43,310 bases of DNA from an uncultured bacterium (GTDB taxonomy: Bacteria; Myxococcota_A; CAZTSL01), in the NCBI GenBank assembly GCA_964616915.1, contig CAZTSL010000008.1:1-43310 (forward strand), read 5' to 3'. The notes below the pieces were generated by a model. The model searched no databases and had not been told where the DNA came from. It saw only the letters and a program-made list of their open reading frames with translations. A program made the position numbers and the translations under genes. Numbering within the stretch: the first letter of the stretch is position 1; the number at the start of each line of letters is the position of its first letter. Shown here piece after piece: positions 17,439 to 27,481 of the stretch.

Positions 17439-19121
17439 CTAGCGAACCTGGCAGAGCTGCCGGGTGGCGAAGTAGCGCGCGATCAGGTTGCTCGCCTCCC
17501 CCTTGCTCAGGTTCGGCGAGATGGGGATGTTGAGTTTCCGCAGGAGGGCGAGCTGCTTCTCCGAGGGGGGATCCTTGCGCCATCGGCTGTCCCGCCGAAG
17601 GAGCGGGAGCGCGTTGGGACGGTACTCGACGAGGAACCTGTCGGCGACCTCGAAGGCCTGAGCCAGCGTGGAAAGACGCCCGACCATGTAGCGCCCGTAA
17701 GTGCCGGTGCGATCCTGAAGGATCGAACTCACCTCGTACTGGCCGAGGAGATCCTGCGCGATCGTGATCGATTCGCGGTGGGGAAGGGTGAGGTGATAGC
17801 GCACCTCGGAGAGCTTGATCCATTCGAGGTGGGAGTAGCGCTCGACCTCGACCGCCGCGCCCCCGCGACGCAGGAGATCGACCTCGGTGAGCAGCCGGCG
17901 CACCTCCTCGATGCTGGCCACGCGCGAGAGATCGAACGCGCCCCGGTTGGCCTGCACGCTCTCCAACTCCTGAAGGACGGCCAGGAGATCCTCCCCATTC
18001 GTGTCGAAGTGGGGAGGAAGCCCGAAGAGGGAGGGGAGGGAGACGAGATCGTGACGCGAAGCGTTGTCCACGACGTCGATGACGGTGAGACGCTCCTTGC
18101 CCGGTGCGGTGCGCGTTCCCCGCCCGATCATCTGGGTATAGAGGAGGCTCGACTTCGTGGGGCGCGCCATGATGATCGTCTCCACCTCCGGATCGTCGAA
18201 GCCTTCCGTCAGGAGGTTGCAGTTCGTGATCACCTGGATGCGGCCGGAACGGAAGGCCTCGAGGACGTCGCGCCGCTCCTCCTTGGGCATCTCGCCGCAT
18301 ACCGGCAGACAGGGGACGCCGTAGCGCTGAAAGACGAGCGCCAGGTCGTAGGCATGCCGCACATCGACGGTGAAGACGATCGTCTTCGAACCATATGCCT
18401 TCTCCAGGTACGCTTTCACGATCAGGTCGTTGCGGTCGATCGTGTTGACCCGATCGGAGAGTTCGTTGACGACGAAGTCTCCATGGCGGGTGTGAACGGG
18501 GGAGAGATCGACCTCGGAGGTCACCTTGTAGGCACGCAGCGCAACGAGGTAACCCGCCTCGATCATCTCCCGCAGATCGCGGTGATAGACGATCTCCTGG
18601 AAGATCGATTCGAGTCCCACCTCGTCCCCACGGCGGGGGGTGGCGGTATACCCCACGAGAAGCGGTGACCTGGGGGAGGGGGGCGCAAAGACGTCGAAGT
18701 ACTCCAGGATCGCCCGGTAGGTCGGCGCCACGGCATGGTGGGCCTCGTCGATCACGATCAGACGGAACGCCTGCGGGTCGAAGCGACCGAGACGGCTGCT
18801 TCCATTGCTACGCCCCAGCGTCGCCACGGAGGCGACCACGATGTCGGCCTCCTCCGACGCATGACGATCCGCCTGTTCGATCTCGACCCTCCGGTCGGGA
18901 TTCACCGCCTCGAGCTTCCCCGCCGCCTGCTCGAGCAACTCCTCCCGATGCGCCAGCACGAGCATCTTCCCCGGAAGCCCCAGAAATCCCGGAAGGTGCG
19001 CGAAACAGACCGTCTTTCCCGTCCCGGTGGGGAGGGAAACGAGCTGGCGTGTCACCCCCCGGCTGTGGGCCTGCTGGATCGCCTTCAAACAGGCGAGTTG
19101 ATATCCTCTGAGCAGGTGCAT
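17439..19121 (-). CDS. SF2 DEAH helicase (ResIII + helicase C, Irc3/RadD-like), 560 aa
   Basis: Motifs LRGYQ, PTGTGKT, AHREEL, DEAHH, TATP, LTEGFD, RPTKS and QMIGRGTR. C-terminal PSEKQ..LSKGEAS.LI module. A TATAAT at 19164-19159 overlaps the track's ATG 19160, favouring start 19121. Confidence 0.88.
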   Translation of the reverse strand: MHLLRGYQLACLKAIQQAHSRGVTRQLVSLPTGTGKTVCFAHLPGFLGLPGKMLVLAHREELLEQAAGKLEAVNPDRRVEIEQADRHASEEADIVVASVATLGRSNGSSRLGRFDPQAFRLIVIDEAHHAVAPTYRAILEYFDVFAPPSPRSPLLVGYTATPRRGDEVGLESIFQEIVYHRDLREMIEAGYLVALRAYKVTSEVDLSPVHTRHGDFVVNELSDRVNTIDRNDLIVKAYLEKAYGSKTIVFTVDVRHAYDLALVFQRYGVPCLPVCGEMPKEERRDVLEAFRSGRIQVITNCNLLTEGFDDPEVETIIMARPTKSSLLYTQMIGRGTRTAPGKERLTVIDVVDNASRHDLVSLPSLFGLPPHFDTNGEDLLAVLQELESVQANRGAFDLSRVASIEEVRRLLTEVDLLRRGGAAVEVERYSHLEWIKLSEVRYHLTLPHRESITIAQDLLGQYEVSSILQDRTGTYGRYMVGRLSTLAQAFEVADRFLVEYRPNALPLLRRDSRWRKDPPSEKQLALLRKLNIPISPNLSKGEASNLIARYFATRQLCQVR

Positions 19122-19454
19122 CGCCTTTTCCCCTGCACTGGACGGAACTTTCTCCCCCATTATAGAGGAAGATCGGCCACTCCAACAATGAAGTCGATCC
19201 CCTCATCCCCACTTTTGCCTGGCATTCAGGAACTTTTGGATCCTGTCCAAGGGAACCCCCCGATCTCACTGGAAAATCAAAAAATCTACCTTTTTTTCGA
19301 GGGTTCAGAGATGTAACGCTGAAAGTCCCGATGATTACGAAAGAAAAAAAATGCATCGGGACATCCTCACGCCACGTTCGATCTGACGGGAGATCCGATC
19401 GGATTTCCCATGAGTTGGGCGCGGAGAGGAGGGGCCAGAGAGGGAACCCACGAA

Positions 19455-19481
19455 GCGATCGCAAAAAGCGATCGCAAAAAA
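19455..19481. repeat. Tandem 13-bp repeat GCGATCGCAAAAA x2
   Basis: GCGATCGCAAAAA at 19455-19467 and 19468-19480, within an AT-richer intergenic region. Confidence 0.85.
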
Positions 19482-19609
19482 TCGTTCGATTTCAGCGTGT
19501 TACAAAGACGCGGCGGGATCCCCTGGAAAGCCAGGAGGGCGAAGGGGGAAAGCGTAGAGGCGGGGAGCGATGGGACGCAAGAGCGGAGGAGCCTGTAGCG
19601 AAGGCGCAC

Positions 19610-20752
19610 TCAAAGGGAGGGGGTGGAAGAGGCGTTTTGCTCCCATAGGCGGGTGACCGCGGCAAAGACCGTCTCGACCTCGATCGCCTTCATGCAGGCC
19701 ATGTCGTGCTCCGTGCAGAGGGAAAGATAGCAGGGGGCACAGGGGACTGCGCCCACGATCTTCTCCCCCCGGTCGTAGAGGTCGATCTCCTGCGGGCAGG
19801 TGGCACCGAAGAGGGCGACCACGCGGGTCTCGACGGCCAACGCGAGGTGGAGCGCCAGGGTGTCACCGGTGACGAGGACGTCGAGATGGCGGATCAATGC
19901 GGCGAACTCCCGGATCGAGTGTCTTCCCCCGGAGTGGACGAGTGGGACGCCCGCCAGACGTTCGATCTCCCGGTTGCGTTCGATCTCGTCCACCCCCCCC
20001 ATCAGGATCACGGCTGCGCCGGCCTCGGAGAGCCGCCGGGCCAGGGCGGCGAAGCGGTCGAGTTCCCAGCGCTTCGTGGCAAAGACCGGGCCGCTTCCCG
20101 TGTTGAGGCCGACGAGGGGCCCTTTCCCCAGAAGACCCCTCTCCCGCAGGAAGGCACGCGCATAGGCTTCATGGCGCTCCCGCAGCACGAGGATGTAGGG
20201 ATCGCGCCGGTAGGGGAGGCCGCAGGCCTCGGCCACGATCTCGGGATAGGTCTTCTCGTTTCGCCGGAACTTGATCTCGTCGGAGACACCCAGGATCAAG
20301 GCGTATTCGCTCTCCCGGTTGAGCGCGCAGAGCGTGCCGTAGGGGGTCAGGCCGAAACCGAGGCGGCGCGTGGCCTTCATCTGCATCATCAGGCCCGTTG
20401 CGCGGGGGACCTTGTCGAGGTTGATCGCCACGTCGAACTGCTCGGCCGAAAGCTGCAAGACCGCCTCGAGATCGAGCGTCAGGAGACGATCGATCGAGGG
20501 ATTGTCCTCGAGGACCTCACGGCTTCCCCGATCGACGACCCACGTGACGTGGGATTCGGGATACGCCCGTTTGAGGGCGGCAAGGAGGGGCGTCGTGCGC
20601 AGCACGTCTCCGATCGCCCCGAGCTTGATCACGAGGATTCGGGTGCCCATCGGGCGGTATTCGGGACATCCTTCACAGGGGCGTTTGAAGCGGCAGGGCT
20701 TCTCTCCCACGTAGAAACGACAGTCGTATCGAATGAGAAAGGGGGACTCCAC
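19610..20752 (-). CDS. Glycosyltransferase family 9 (heptosyltransferase-like) protein
   Basis: GGAGG SD and GTG start. Motifs KLGAIGDVL, TKRW, TGDT..LHLA and ALFGAT. Cys clusters at both ends. Confidence 0.9.
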   Translation of the reverse strand: MESPFLIRYDCRFYVGEKPCRFKRPCEGCPEYRPMGTRILVIKLGAIGDVLRTTPLLAALKRAYPESHVTWVVDRGSREVLEDNPSIDRLLTLDLEAVLQLSAEQFDVAINLDKVPRATGLMMQMKATRRLGFGLTPYGTLCALNRESEYALILGVSDEIKFRRNEKTYPEIVAEACGLPYRRDPYILVLRERHEAYARAFLRERGLLGKGPLVGLNTGSGPVFATKRWELDRFAALARRLSEAGAAVILMGGVDEIERNREIERLAGVPLVHSGGRHSIREFAALIRHLDVLVTGDTLALHLALAVETRVVALFGATCPQEIDLYDRGEKIVGAVPCAPCYLSLCTEHDMACMKAIEVETVFAAVTRLWEQNASSTPSL

Positions 20753-20834
20753 GCTTCCTCCATGATTCCGGATCTTACGATGGATGCCACACGATTCCGG
20801 CCGCAGGCCGATGCTGGAGAGGGTGATCCTGTGC

Positions 20835-21851
20835 CTACCCTTCGAGGGCGGCGATGATCGCCCCCGTCATCTCCGTGGTCGTGGCGCTTCCTCCGAGATC
20901 TCGGGTGACGATTCCGGCTTCGAGCACCCGGCAAACGGCACGGTAGATCCGCTCGGCCACTTCGTTCTTGCCCAGATGCCGAAGCATGTAGATCGCGGGA
21001 ATCAGCATCGGCAGGGGATTCGCCAGATTCTTTCCGACGAGTTCGGGAGCATTTCCATGGACCATCTCGAAGATCGCGAATTCATCTCCCCGGCTGATGC
21101 TCGGCGCGGCGCTGATCCCTCCCACGAGCGCGCAGCCGATGTCGGAGAGGATGTCGCCGTAGAGGTTGCCCATGAGCAGGACGTCGAAGCGGTGCGGATT
21201 CAGGACGAACTGCATACAGGCGTTGTCCACGATCATCGCATCGTGTTCGATCTCAGGAAATTCCCGGGCCACTTGCCGGCTGGTCTCGAGGAAGAGGCCA
21301 TCGGAGAGCTTCATGATGTTCGCCTTGTGGATCGTGGTGACCCGTTTGCGGTCATGGCTACGCGCATATTCGAAGGCGAAACGGGCGATCCGTTCCGAGG
21401 CCTGCTTCGTGATCACCTTGAGCGATTCCACGACCCCGGGGACCACGGTATGCTCGAGTCCAGCGTACTCCCCCTCCATGTTCTCCCGGATGATCACGAG
21501 GTCGAGATCGTGATACCGGCTGGCCAGACCGGGAATGTTCCGGATCGGCCGGATGTTGCAGTAGAGGTCGAAGGTCCTGCGCAGCGCGATCGTGGGACCT
21601 ACGACGCCGAGTGCCTTGGGGGTACGCAGCCGCCCTTTGAGGGCGACCCGGTTCTTGCGGATCGAGGCCACGAGCGCGGGATCGAGCCCATAGAACGTTT
21701 CCGACATGCTCGTCTCACCGATCTCGTAGACTTCCCAGACGATCCCAGCGCCTGCGGCAGCGAGGACCTCGCGGACGACCGCCGCCAGTTCCGGTCCGAT
21801 CGCGTCTCCGGGGATCAATGTCACCGTCCTTGGCGTGGTCTCCATACTCAT
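20835..21851 (-). CDS. Isocitrate/isopropylmalate dehydrogenase family protein, divergent paralogue (338 aa)
   Basis: ATG 21851 overlaps the upstream TGA. Motifs IPGDAIGPE, RENMEGEY, HKANIMK, NLYGDILSD and EMVHGNAP. Confidence 0.88.
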   Translation of the reverse strand: MSMETTPRTVTLIPGDAIGPELAAVVREVLAAAGAGIVWEVYEIGETSMSETFYGLDPALVASIRKNRVALKGRLRTPKALGVVGPTIALRRTFDLYCNIRPIRNIPGLASRYHDLDLVIIRENMEGEYAGLEHTVVPGVVESLKVITKQASERIARFAFEYARSHDRKRVTTIHKANIMKLSDGLFLETSRQVAREFPEIEHDAMIVDNACMQFVLNPHRFDVLLMGNLYGDILSDIGCALVGGISAAPSISRGDEFAIFEMVHGNAPELVGKNLANPLPMLIPAIYMLRHLGKNEVAERIYRAVCRVLEAGIVTRDLGGSATTTEMTGAIIAALEG

Positions 21852-22849
21852 GGCAACTCCCGAATGATGGCCGCGGTGAATTCCTTCGTACTCGCCTTCC
21901 CCCCAAGATCGCGCGTGCGCACCCCTCCGGTTTCGAGGACCCGATGGGTGGCTTGCCGGATCCGGTTGGCGAGTTCGTGTTCCCCGATATGTTCGAGCAT
22001 GAGGAGGGCGGAGAGGAGGAGGGCGAGGGGATTGGCGATCCCCTTCCCTGCAATGTCGGGGGCAGATCCGTGAACGGCCTCGAAGACGGCATACTCCTCC
22101 CCGATGTTGGCCCCCGGCACGACACCGAGCCCCCCCACGAAGCCGGAGCAGAGGTCGGAGACGATGTCGCCATAGAGGTTCTCCATCACGAGCAGGTCGA
22201 ATCTCCCCGGATCGAGGACGAGTTCCAGCACGAGGTTGTCGATGAGGAACTCCTCGTAGTCGATGTAGGGGTGCCGCTCTGCCTCCGCACGCATACAGGA
22301 AAGGAAGAGGCCGTCGGAACGTTTCATCACGTTGGCCTTGTGGACCGCCGTAATCTTCCGGCGTCCATGGGATCGGGCGTAGTCGAAAGCAAACCGCGCG
22401 ATCCTGCGGCAGGCGATCTCCGAGATGATCTTGAGGCTCGTGATCACCCCCGGCACGATCTGATGCTCGATCCCGGAATACAACCCCTCCGTATTCTCCC
22501 GAATGACGACGAGATCGACCTTCCCATACTGGGTGTCGAGCCCGGGAAAATTGCGGACCGGCCGCACGCACGCATAGAGGGAGAGTTCCTGCCGGAGCGT
22601 CACGTTGGCGGAGCGAAAGCCCTTTCCTACCGGCGTGGTGAGGGGCCCCTTGAGCGCGACCCTGTTCTTGCGGATCGAGTCGAGCAGGGGCTGGGGAACG
22701 GTCGTGCCGTAGGCTTCGATCGCAGCAGCACCGCCGATCCTCTCCTCCCAGTCGATCGGCGCGCCGGCCGCGGCGAGAATCTCCGTGACGGCTCCGACGA
22801 CTTCGGGTCCGATCCCGTCTCCGGGGATCAATGTCAAGTGATAGCGCAT
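21848..22849 (-). CDS. NAD-dependent isocitrate dehydrogenase family protein (333 aa)
   Basis: Motifs IPGDGIGPE, TTP....RSANVTLR, RENTEGLY, HKANVMK, NLYGDIVSD and EAVHGSAPDIAG. Confidence 0.9.
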   Translation of the reverse strand: MRYHLTLIPGDGIGPEVVGAVTEILAAAGAPIDWEERIGGAAAIEAYGTTVPQPLLDSIRKNRVALKGPLTTPVGKGFRSANVTLRQELSLYACVRPVRNFPGLDTQYGKVDLVVIRENTEGLYSGIEHQIVPGVITSLKIISEIACRRIARFAFDYARSHGRRKITAVHKANVMKRSDGLFLSCMRAEAERHPYIDYEEFLIDNLVLELVLDPGRFDLLVMENLYGDIVSDLCSGFVGGLGVVPGANIGEEYAVFEAVHGSAPDIAGKGIANPLALLLSALLMLEHIGEHELANRIRQATHRVLETGGVRTRDLGGKASTKEFTAAIIRELP

Positions 22850-22920
22850 CTCATCTCCATCCTTCGGGAGACCGTCTCGCCGGTCGCCGGCGGGGCCTCT
22901 CCGGGTCGATCGGTCGTGCC

Positions 22921-22950
22921 ATTGTAGGGAGCTTATGGGGGGGTTGTCAA
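22921..22950 (-). promoter_or_regulatory. Sigma70 promoter for the idh pair
   Basis: TTGACA (22950-22945) - 18 nt - TACAAT (22926-22921). Confidence 0.7.
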
Positions 22951-23061
22951 TCGGGGGTGTGATCGCAGGCGCAGATCGTTCGAGCTTGCTTCCGATCGAG
23001 AATTCCGCTAAGCTGAGCCTGGAGAGCGGTACGTTCGGTCATCAACGCCGAGTAGGGAATC

Positions 23062-24105
23062 ATGACAGATCTTCTCGATCCCTGGGGAGGTGCAGAGCAC
23101 CTCGAGATGCCGTGGAGGAGGGAGGCGCTTCCCCTCTACGGCGTTTCCCTGACGAAGTTTCTCCTCCTCTTCGTCTTTTCGCTCGGGCTCTACCAGTTCT
23201 ACTGGGGATACCGGCAGTGGCGGTCCATCCGTGACGCCGGCAAAGGGGTCTTCCCCCTGGTTCGGGCCTTCTTTCTTCCCTTCTTCCTCTATGCCCAGAT
23301 CCGTCATACGGAGGAGATTTTCGCGCGCTATGGCCATCGAGAGCGGATCGGGGCGCTGCCCCTTGCGCTCACCTTCTTCCTCCTGGCGCTTTCGATCCGT
23401 TTCGTGCCGGCCCCTTTCGATCTTCTCCCCTTTCTGGGGAGTGCCTTCCCCCTTCTCCTCTTCCAGCAGCGGATCAACGCCTTTCATCGGAAGATCGCTC
23501 CGCAGGTTCCGTTGGACCACGTGATCGGTTTTCGCCATCTCGCTCTCGTGGGGATGGGGGGCTTCCTCCTCTTCGTGAACTACTGCACGATTTCCGACCC
23601 GTTGATTCGGGGGGATGCGCTCTCCAGGAAGATCCACGACCGTTTCCTCGAAGCGGGGTACCTCCAGCCACAGGAAAAGATCATCTATCTCTACGCCGAT
23701 GGTCTCTTTTCGATCGAGGGACGGGGGCTCTTCTTTACGGAGACCCGGCTCGTGCGTTATCTGGTGTCCGGCGAGGAAGAGGGACCGCGGATCCTCTCGC
23801 TCCCCTACGACGACATCGTCGATCTCTCCCTGCAGGGGGCGATGCGGCCCACGGAAGACTCGGTCCTCTACGTCGAGATGAACTCCGGTTATACCTACAT
23901 GTTCGACCTTCCCGTGGCGCAGGAGATCGACAAACGCTTCTACCGGGAACTTCGGGATGCCTGGGTGCGCGCCCGTCGGTTGCTCCCCACGGCCCCCTCC
24001 CGTCCCGCCCATGATACGAAACACGATCATGCAAGCCCAGCCGACGCCGCCTCGACCCATCTCCAGTTCAACCCATCCGATGAGACGCTCCATGATCTCC
24101 GATGA
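23062..24105 (+). CDS. Hypothetical membrane protein (DUF4234-like N-terminus, soluble C-terminal domain)
   Basis: SLGLYQFYWGYRQW motif and about five TM segments, then a beta-rich domain (YLYADGLFS..GLFFTETRLV). Confidence 0.7.
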   Translation: MTDLLDPWGGAEHLEMPWRREALPLYGVSLTKFLLLFVFSLGLYQFYWGYRQWRSIRDAGKGVFPLVRAFFLPFFLYAQIRHTEEIFARYGHRERIGALPLALTFFLLALSIRFVPAPFDLLPFLGSAFPLLLFQQRINAFHRKIAPQVPLDHVIGFRHLALVGMGGFLLFVNYCTISDPLIRGDALSRKIHDRFLEAGYLQPQEKIIYLYADGLFSIEGRGLFFTETRLVRYLVSGEEEGPRILSLPYDDIVDLSLQGAMRPTEDSVLYVEMNSGYTYMFDLPVAQEIDKRFYRELRDAWVRARRLLPTAPSRPAHDTKHDHASPADAASTHLQFNPSDETLHDLR

Positions 24106-24119
24106 GACGCTCCATGGTC
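24076..24119. repeat. 22-bp tandem duplication
   Basis: TCCGATGAGACGCTCCATGATC (24076-24097) and TCCGATGAGACGCTCCATGGTC (24098-24119), one mismatch. Confidence 0.92.
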
Positions 24120-24152
24120 ATGGAAGGGGAGGCGACGAGCGGAGGGAAACCG

Positions 24153-24716
24153 ATGTTCGAAATCGAGATGAAGGCACACCTCGACGATCCTGCCCGGATC
24201 CGGGAGAAACTCGAACGGATCGCCACTTTCACCGGAAAGGCACGAAAGCGGGACCACTACTACGCCCCGCTCGGTATCGCGCTCGAGGAGATCGACTGGG
24301 TGAGGGACGTCCCCTTCCGCCTGCGGGAGGTCGGAAACCGCGCCATCGTCACCTGCAAACGGAGGCGACGCCGAGCGGGACTCGAGATCAACGAGGAGAT
24401 CGAGTTCGCGGTGGACGATCCTGCGGCTTTCGATCGCTTCGCCCATGCGATCGGCTTTTTCCCCTGTATCACGAAGGAGAAGATCACCGAACGTTTCCGC
24501 AAGGACGACCTCACGCTCGAACTCAACGAGGTCAAAGGGCTCGGCTGGTTCCTCGAGGTCGAGTACCTTTCGGAAACCCCCAGCGACGCGGAGCGGATCC
24601 GTATCCGGATCCGCGAACTCTTCGCCACCCTGGGGATTCCTCCGGAGGCGATCGAACCGCGCTACTACGTCGAGATGCTGCGGGAAGCGGCATCTCCGCC
24701 ACCCGGCCGGGCCTGA
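24153..24716 (+). CDS. cyaB: CYTH-domain protein (class IV adenylate cyclase CyaB-like)
   Basis: GGAGGG SD and ATG 24153. ExExK motif (EIEMK), DHYY, FRLR, EEIE and VKGLGWFLEVE. Confidence 0.82.
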   Translation: MFEIEMKAHLDDPARIREKLERIATFTGKARKRDHYYAPLGIALEEIDWVRDVPFRLREVGNRAIVTCKRRRRRAGLEINEEIEFAVDDPAAFDRFAHAIGFFPCITKEKITERFRKDDLTLELNEVKGLGWFLEVEYLSETPSDAERIRIRIRELFATLGIPPEAIEPRYYVEMLREAASPPPGRA

Positions 24717-24746
24717 GGAGCGGAGATCTCCATCCCCGCTTTGCGG

Positions 24747-25193
24747 TTACCGCACGATGTCGAGGAGTTCGACCTCGAAGATCAGCGTGGCATTGGGGGG
24801 GATCACATTCCCGGCCCCCCGGGCGCCGTAACCGAGTTCGGGGGGGATCTTGAGCTTGCGTTTTCCCCCGACCTTCATCGAGGCAACGCCTTCATCCCAT
24901 CCCTTGATGACCTGTCCCACGCCGAGGGTGAACTGGAAGGGGCGTCCCCGGTCCCGGGAGCTGTCGAACTTCTTGCCGTTCGTCAGCCACCCCGTATAGT
25001 GGACGGAGACTTTCTCTCCGCGCGCAGGGCTCGGACCCGTGCCGACCTCGAGGTCGATGTACTCGAGGCCACTTTTCGTTTTCGTCCATTTCTCCTCAGC
25101 CATCTTTTTTCCCTTCTCCTGCGCCATGCCCGTTCCGAACGCGAGGGCGATCAGCAGGAAGGCTGCGAGCATCGTTTTGCCATACGGTTTCAT
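24747..25193 (-). CDS. FKBP-type peptidyl-prolyl isomerase with signal peptide
   Basis: Motifs VHYTG, KFDSS, GQVIKGWDEG, IPPELGYG and IPPNATLIFEVEL. Confidence 0.95.
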   Translation of the reverse strand: MKPYGKTMLAAFLLIALAFGTGMAQEKGKKMAEEKWTKTKSGLEYIDLEVGTGPSPARGEKVSVHYTGWLTNGKKFDSSRDRGRPFQFTLGVGQVIKGWDEGVASMKVGGKRKLKIPPELGYGARGAGNVIPPNATLIFEVELLDIVR

Positions 25194-25253
25194 CCTGTCT
25201 CCTCCATGATATGAGTCATGGTTGGGGAAGAGTGGTCGAGGTTTTTCAGGGCT

Positions 25254-26729
25254 TCAGGCGCGGGGAAGGGCCGCGCGCCACCGTTCGAGATGCGCTTCGA
25301 CCTCCTCGGGGGGCATCTGGGGGCGGAATCTGCGCGCTTCCTTCCAGGTGGCCCGGATCTCGTCGAGATCCTTCCAGAGACGAACCCCGTAGCCGGCGAG
25401 GAAGGCGGCGCCGAGCGCGGTCGTCTCGATCACCTCCGGCCGCACGATGTCGATTCCCAGGATGTCGGCCTGGAACTGCATGAGGAGGTCGTTGGCGCTG
25501 GCCCCCCCATCGACCTTGAGGATCGGGATCGCCTTGCCGGAGTCGCTCTCCATCGCCTTGAGGAGGTCGTACTGTTGCAGGGCGATCCCCTCGAGCGTGG
25601 CGCGGGCGATGTGGGCGCTCGTGGTGCCGCGGTTGATCCCGCAGATCAGTCCCCGCGCGTCGCTTCGCCAGTGAGGGGCACCGAGTCCCACGAGCGCGGG
25701 GACGAAGACGACGCCCCCCGAATTGGGGACCTGCGCGGCGAGTTCTTCGACCTCCGGGGAGGTGGCGATGATCTTGAGCCCATCCCGGAGCCACTGGACC
25801 GCGGCCCCGGCGATGAAGCAACTCCCCTCGAGTGCGTAGCGTGCAGCTTCCTCCCCGAGACGCCAGGCCACCGTCGTGATGAGCCGATTCTTCGAGGGGA
25901 TGGGAGCCGTTCCCGTGTTCATCAGCATGAAGGAGCCGGTACCGTAGGTACACTTGGCCTCCCCCTCGGAAAAGCAACTCTGTCCGAAGAGTGCGGCCTG
26001 CTGGTCCCCCGCCATTCCCGAGATCGGAACGCCATCGGGCAGACCGGGAACCCCTTGCGTTACCCCGTAGACCTCGGCGTTTCCACGAATCTCGGGGAGA
26101 AGCTCCGCCGGGATGTCGAGAAGGCCGAGCAACGTCTCGTCCCACGAGAGGGTGTGGAGGTTCATCAGCATCGTGCGGGAAGCGTTCGTCACATCGGTGA
26201 CGTGCGCCTTCCCCCCCGTCAGGCGCCAGACGAGAAAGGTATCGATCGTTCCGAAGGCCAACTCGCCCGGACGCTCGCGCAGGCCATTGGCATGATCGAG
26301 GATCCACCGCAGCTTCGTTCCGGAGAAGTAGGGATCGAGGAGCAGACCGGTCTTTTCCCGGATCTCCGTCTCCAGCCCCTGGGCCTTCATCTCCTGGCAG
26401 AGGTCCGCGGTTCTTCGACACTGCCAGACGATGGCGTTGTGGACGGGCCGTCCCGAGTTACGCTCCCACACCACCGTGGTTTCCCGTTGATTCGTAATCC
26501 CGATCGCGGCGATCCGTCCTGCATCGATCCCCCCCACCTCGAGGGCTTCTCCGATCGTCTCCACGGTGGAGGCCCAGATATCCTCGGGATCGTGTTCGAC
26601 CCACCCCGCTTTCGGGTAGATCTGCCGGAATTCCCGATTGCACTTCGCCAGAACCCGAAGATCCCGATCGATCACGATCACGGTGGTACCGGTCGTCCCC
26701 TGATCGATCGCCAGAATCAGATCACCCAT
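25254..26729 (-). CDS. glpK: Glycerol kinase
   Basis: Motifs [59 protein letters not shown] and VDGG. Confidence 0.96.
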   Translation of the reverse strand: MGDLILAIDQGTTGTTVIVIDRDLRVLAKCNREFRQIYPKAGWVEHDPEDIWASTVETIGEALEVGGIDAGRIAAIGITNQRETTVVWERNSGRPVHNAIVWQCRRTADLCQEMKAQGLETEIREKTGLLLDPYFSGTKLRWILDHANGLRERPGELAFGTIDTFLVWRLTGGKAHVTDVTNASRTMLMNLHTLSWDETLLGLLDIPAELLPEIRGNAEVYGVTQGVPGLPDGVPISGMAGDQQAALFGQSCFSEGEAKCTYGTGSFMLMNTGTAPIPSKNRLITTVAWRLGEEAARYALEGSCFIAGAAVQWLRDGLKIIATSPEVEELAAQVPNSGGVVFVPALVGLGAPHWRSDARGLICGINRGTTSAHIARATLEGIALQQYDLLKAMESDSGKAIPILKVDGGASANDLLMQFQADILGIDIVRPEVIETTALGAAFLAGYGVRLWKDLDEIRATWKEARRFRPQMPPEEVEAHLERWRAALPRA

Positions 26730-26828
26730 TCCTCCGTCTCCTTGCACGCTTCGTGTGAGATCCTGCCTGGACGAATTTTCCCGTCATCTTTTGCTGGACG
26801 AATCTGCCTGTCGCCTCTTCCCGGTCGA

Positions 26829-27245
26829 TCATGGAGAAGGGCGATACGCTCTGCCCTTTCCGGGATCCTCCTGACTGGAGGGCGGGGAGAGGTCGGAAAC
26901 CAGGTCGGCCAGCATCTTTTTCCGCTGATCCGCGAAGTAGTCTTTCGTCTCTTCCATATCGTAAAACGCCAGGAGCGTCAACGAGAAGAGGAGGGCGATC
27001 CATCCCCCCCAGTAGAGGAGGAAGGCCAGCGGTGCGCTCGCCGGCCGATTGACCCCCCAGAAGAACATCACCGCGATCAGGGTAAGGAGGAGCGTCCCTG
27101 TCATCCTCCGGCGGAAACGCCGAGACGTATGGAAAGCACGGTCGGCGTGGGGATGCCATCGCGCCCGCAACTCGGAGAGCGCGAAGAACGCGGCGGTAAG
27201 GAGGAGTCCCACCGAAATCAGGCTCGAAAGGAGAATGGAGATCAT
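26829..27245 (-). CDS. Hypothetical small membrane protein (3 TM, 138 aa)
   Basis: GGAGGGG SD and ATG 27245. Three hydrophobic segments with an RRFRRR loop. Confidence 0.65.
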   Translation of the reverse strand: MISILLSSLISVGLLLTAAFFALSELRARWHPHADRAFHTSRRFRRRMTGTLLLTLIAVMFFWGVNRPASAPLAFLLYWGGWIALLFSLTLLAFYDMEETKDYFADQRKKMLADLVSDLSPPSSQEDPGKGRAYRPSP

Positions 27246-27481
27246 CCCCTCCGCCTCGACGATTCCCTGGCCTGTCAGATCCATCTCTCCGATTCCCGGG
27301 GAGGCGCCCCCCCTGATCTTCGGCGGTTCCGCTTGGGAAGCCTGTGCCCCTCATCTTCCCCTCTCTTCGTCACTCCAAGAGGAGATGAGGAATCGTAGCA
27401 TACCGACCGGCGAAGATCAACGCGCCCATCCGTTCGGCAGGACACACCGCGATCCACGCCGTGGAAGAACGGCCCACCCGA

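Noticed and set aside
17439-19121. Helicase as part of a restriction or defence system
   Set aside because: There is no adjacent methyltransferase or nuclease. It looks like a stand-alone Irc3/RadD-like helicase.
24076-24119. CRISPR array at the short repeats (also 19455 and 43235)
   Set aside because: Each has only two copies with no regular unique spacers, and no cas genes are present.
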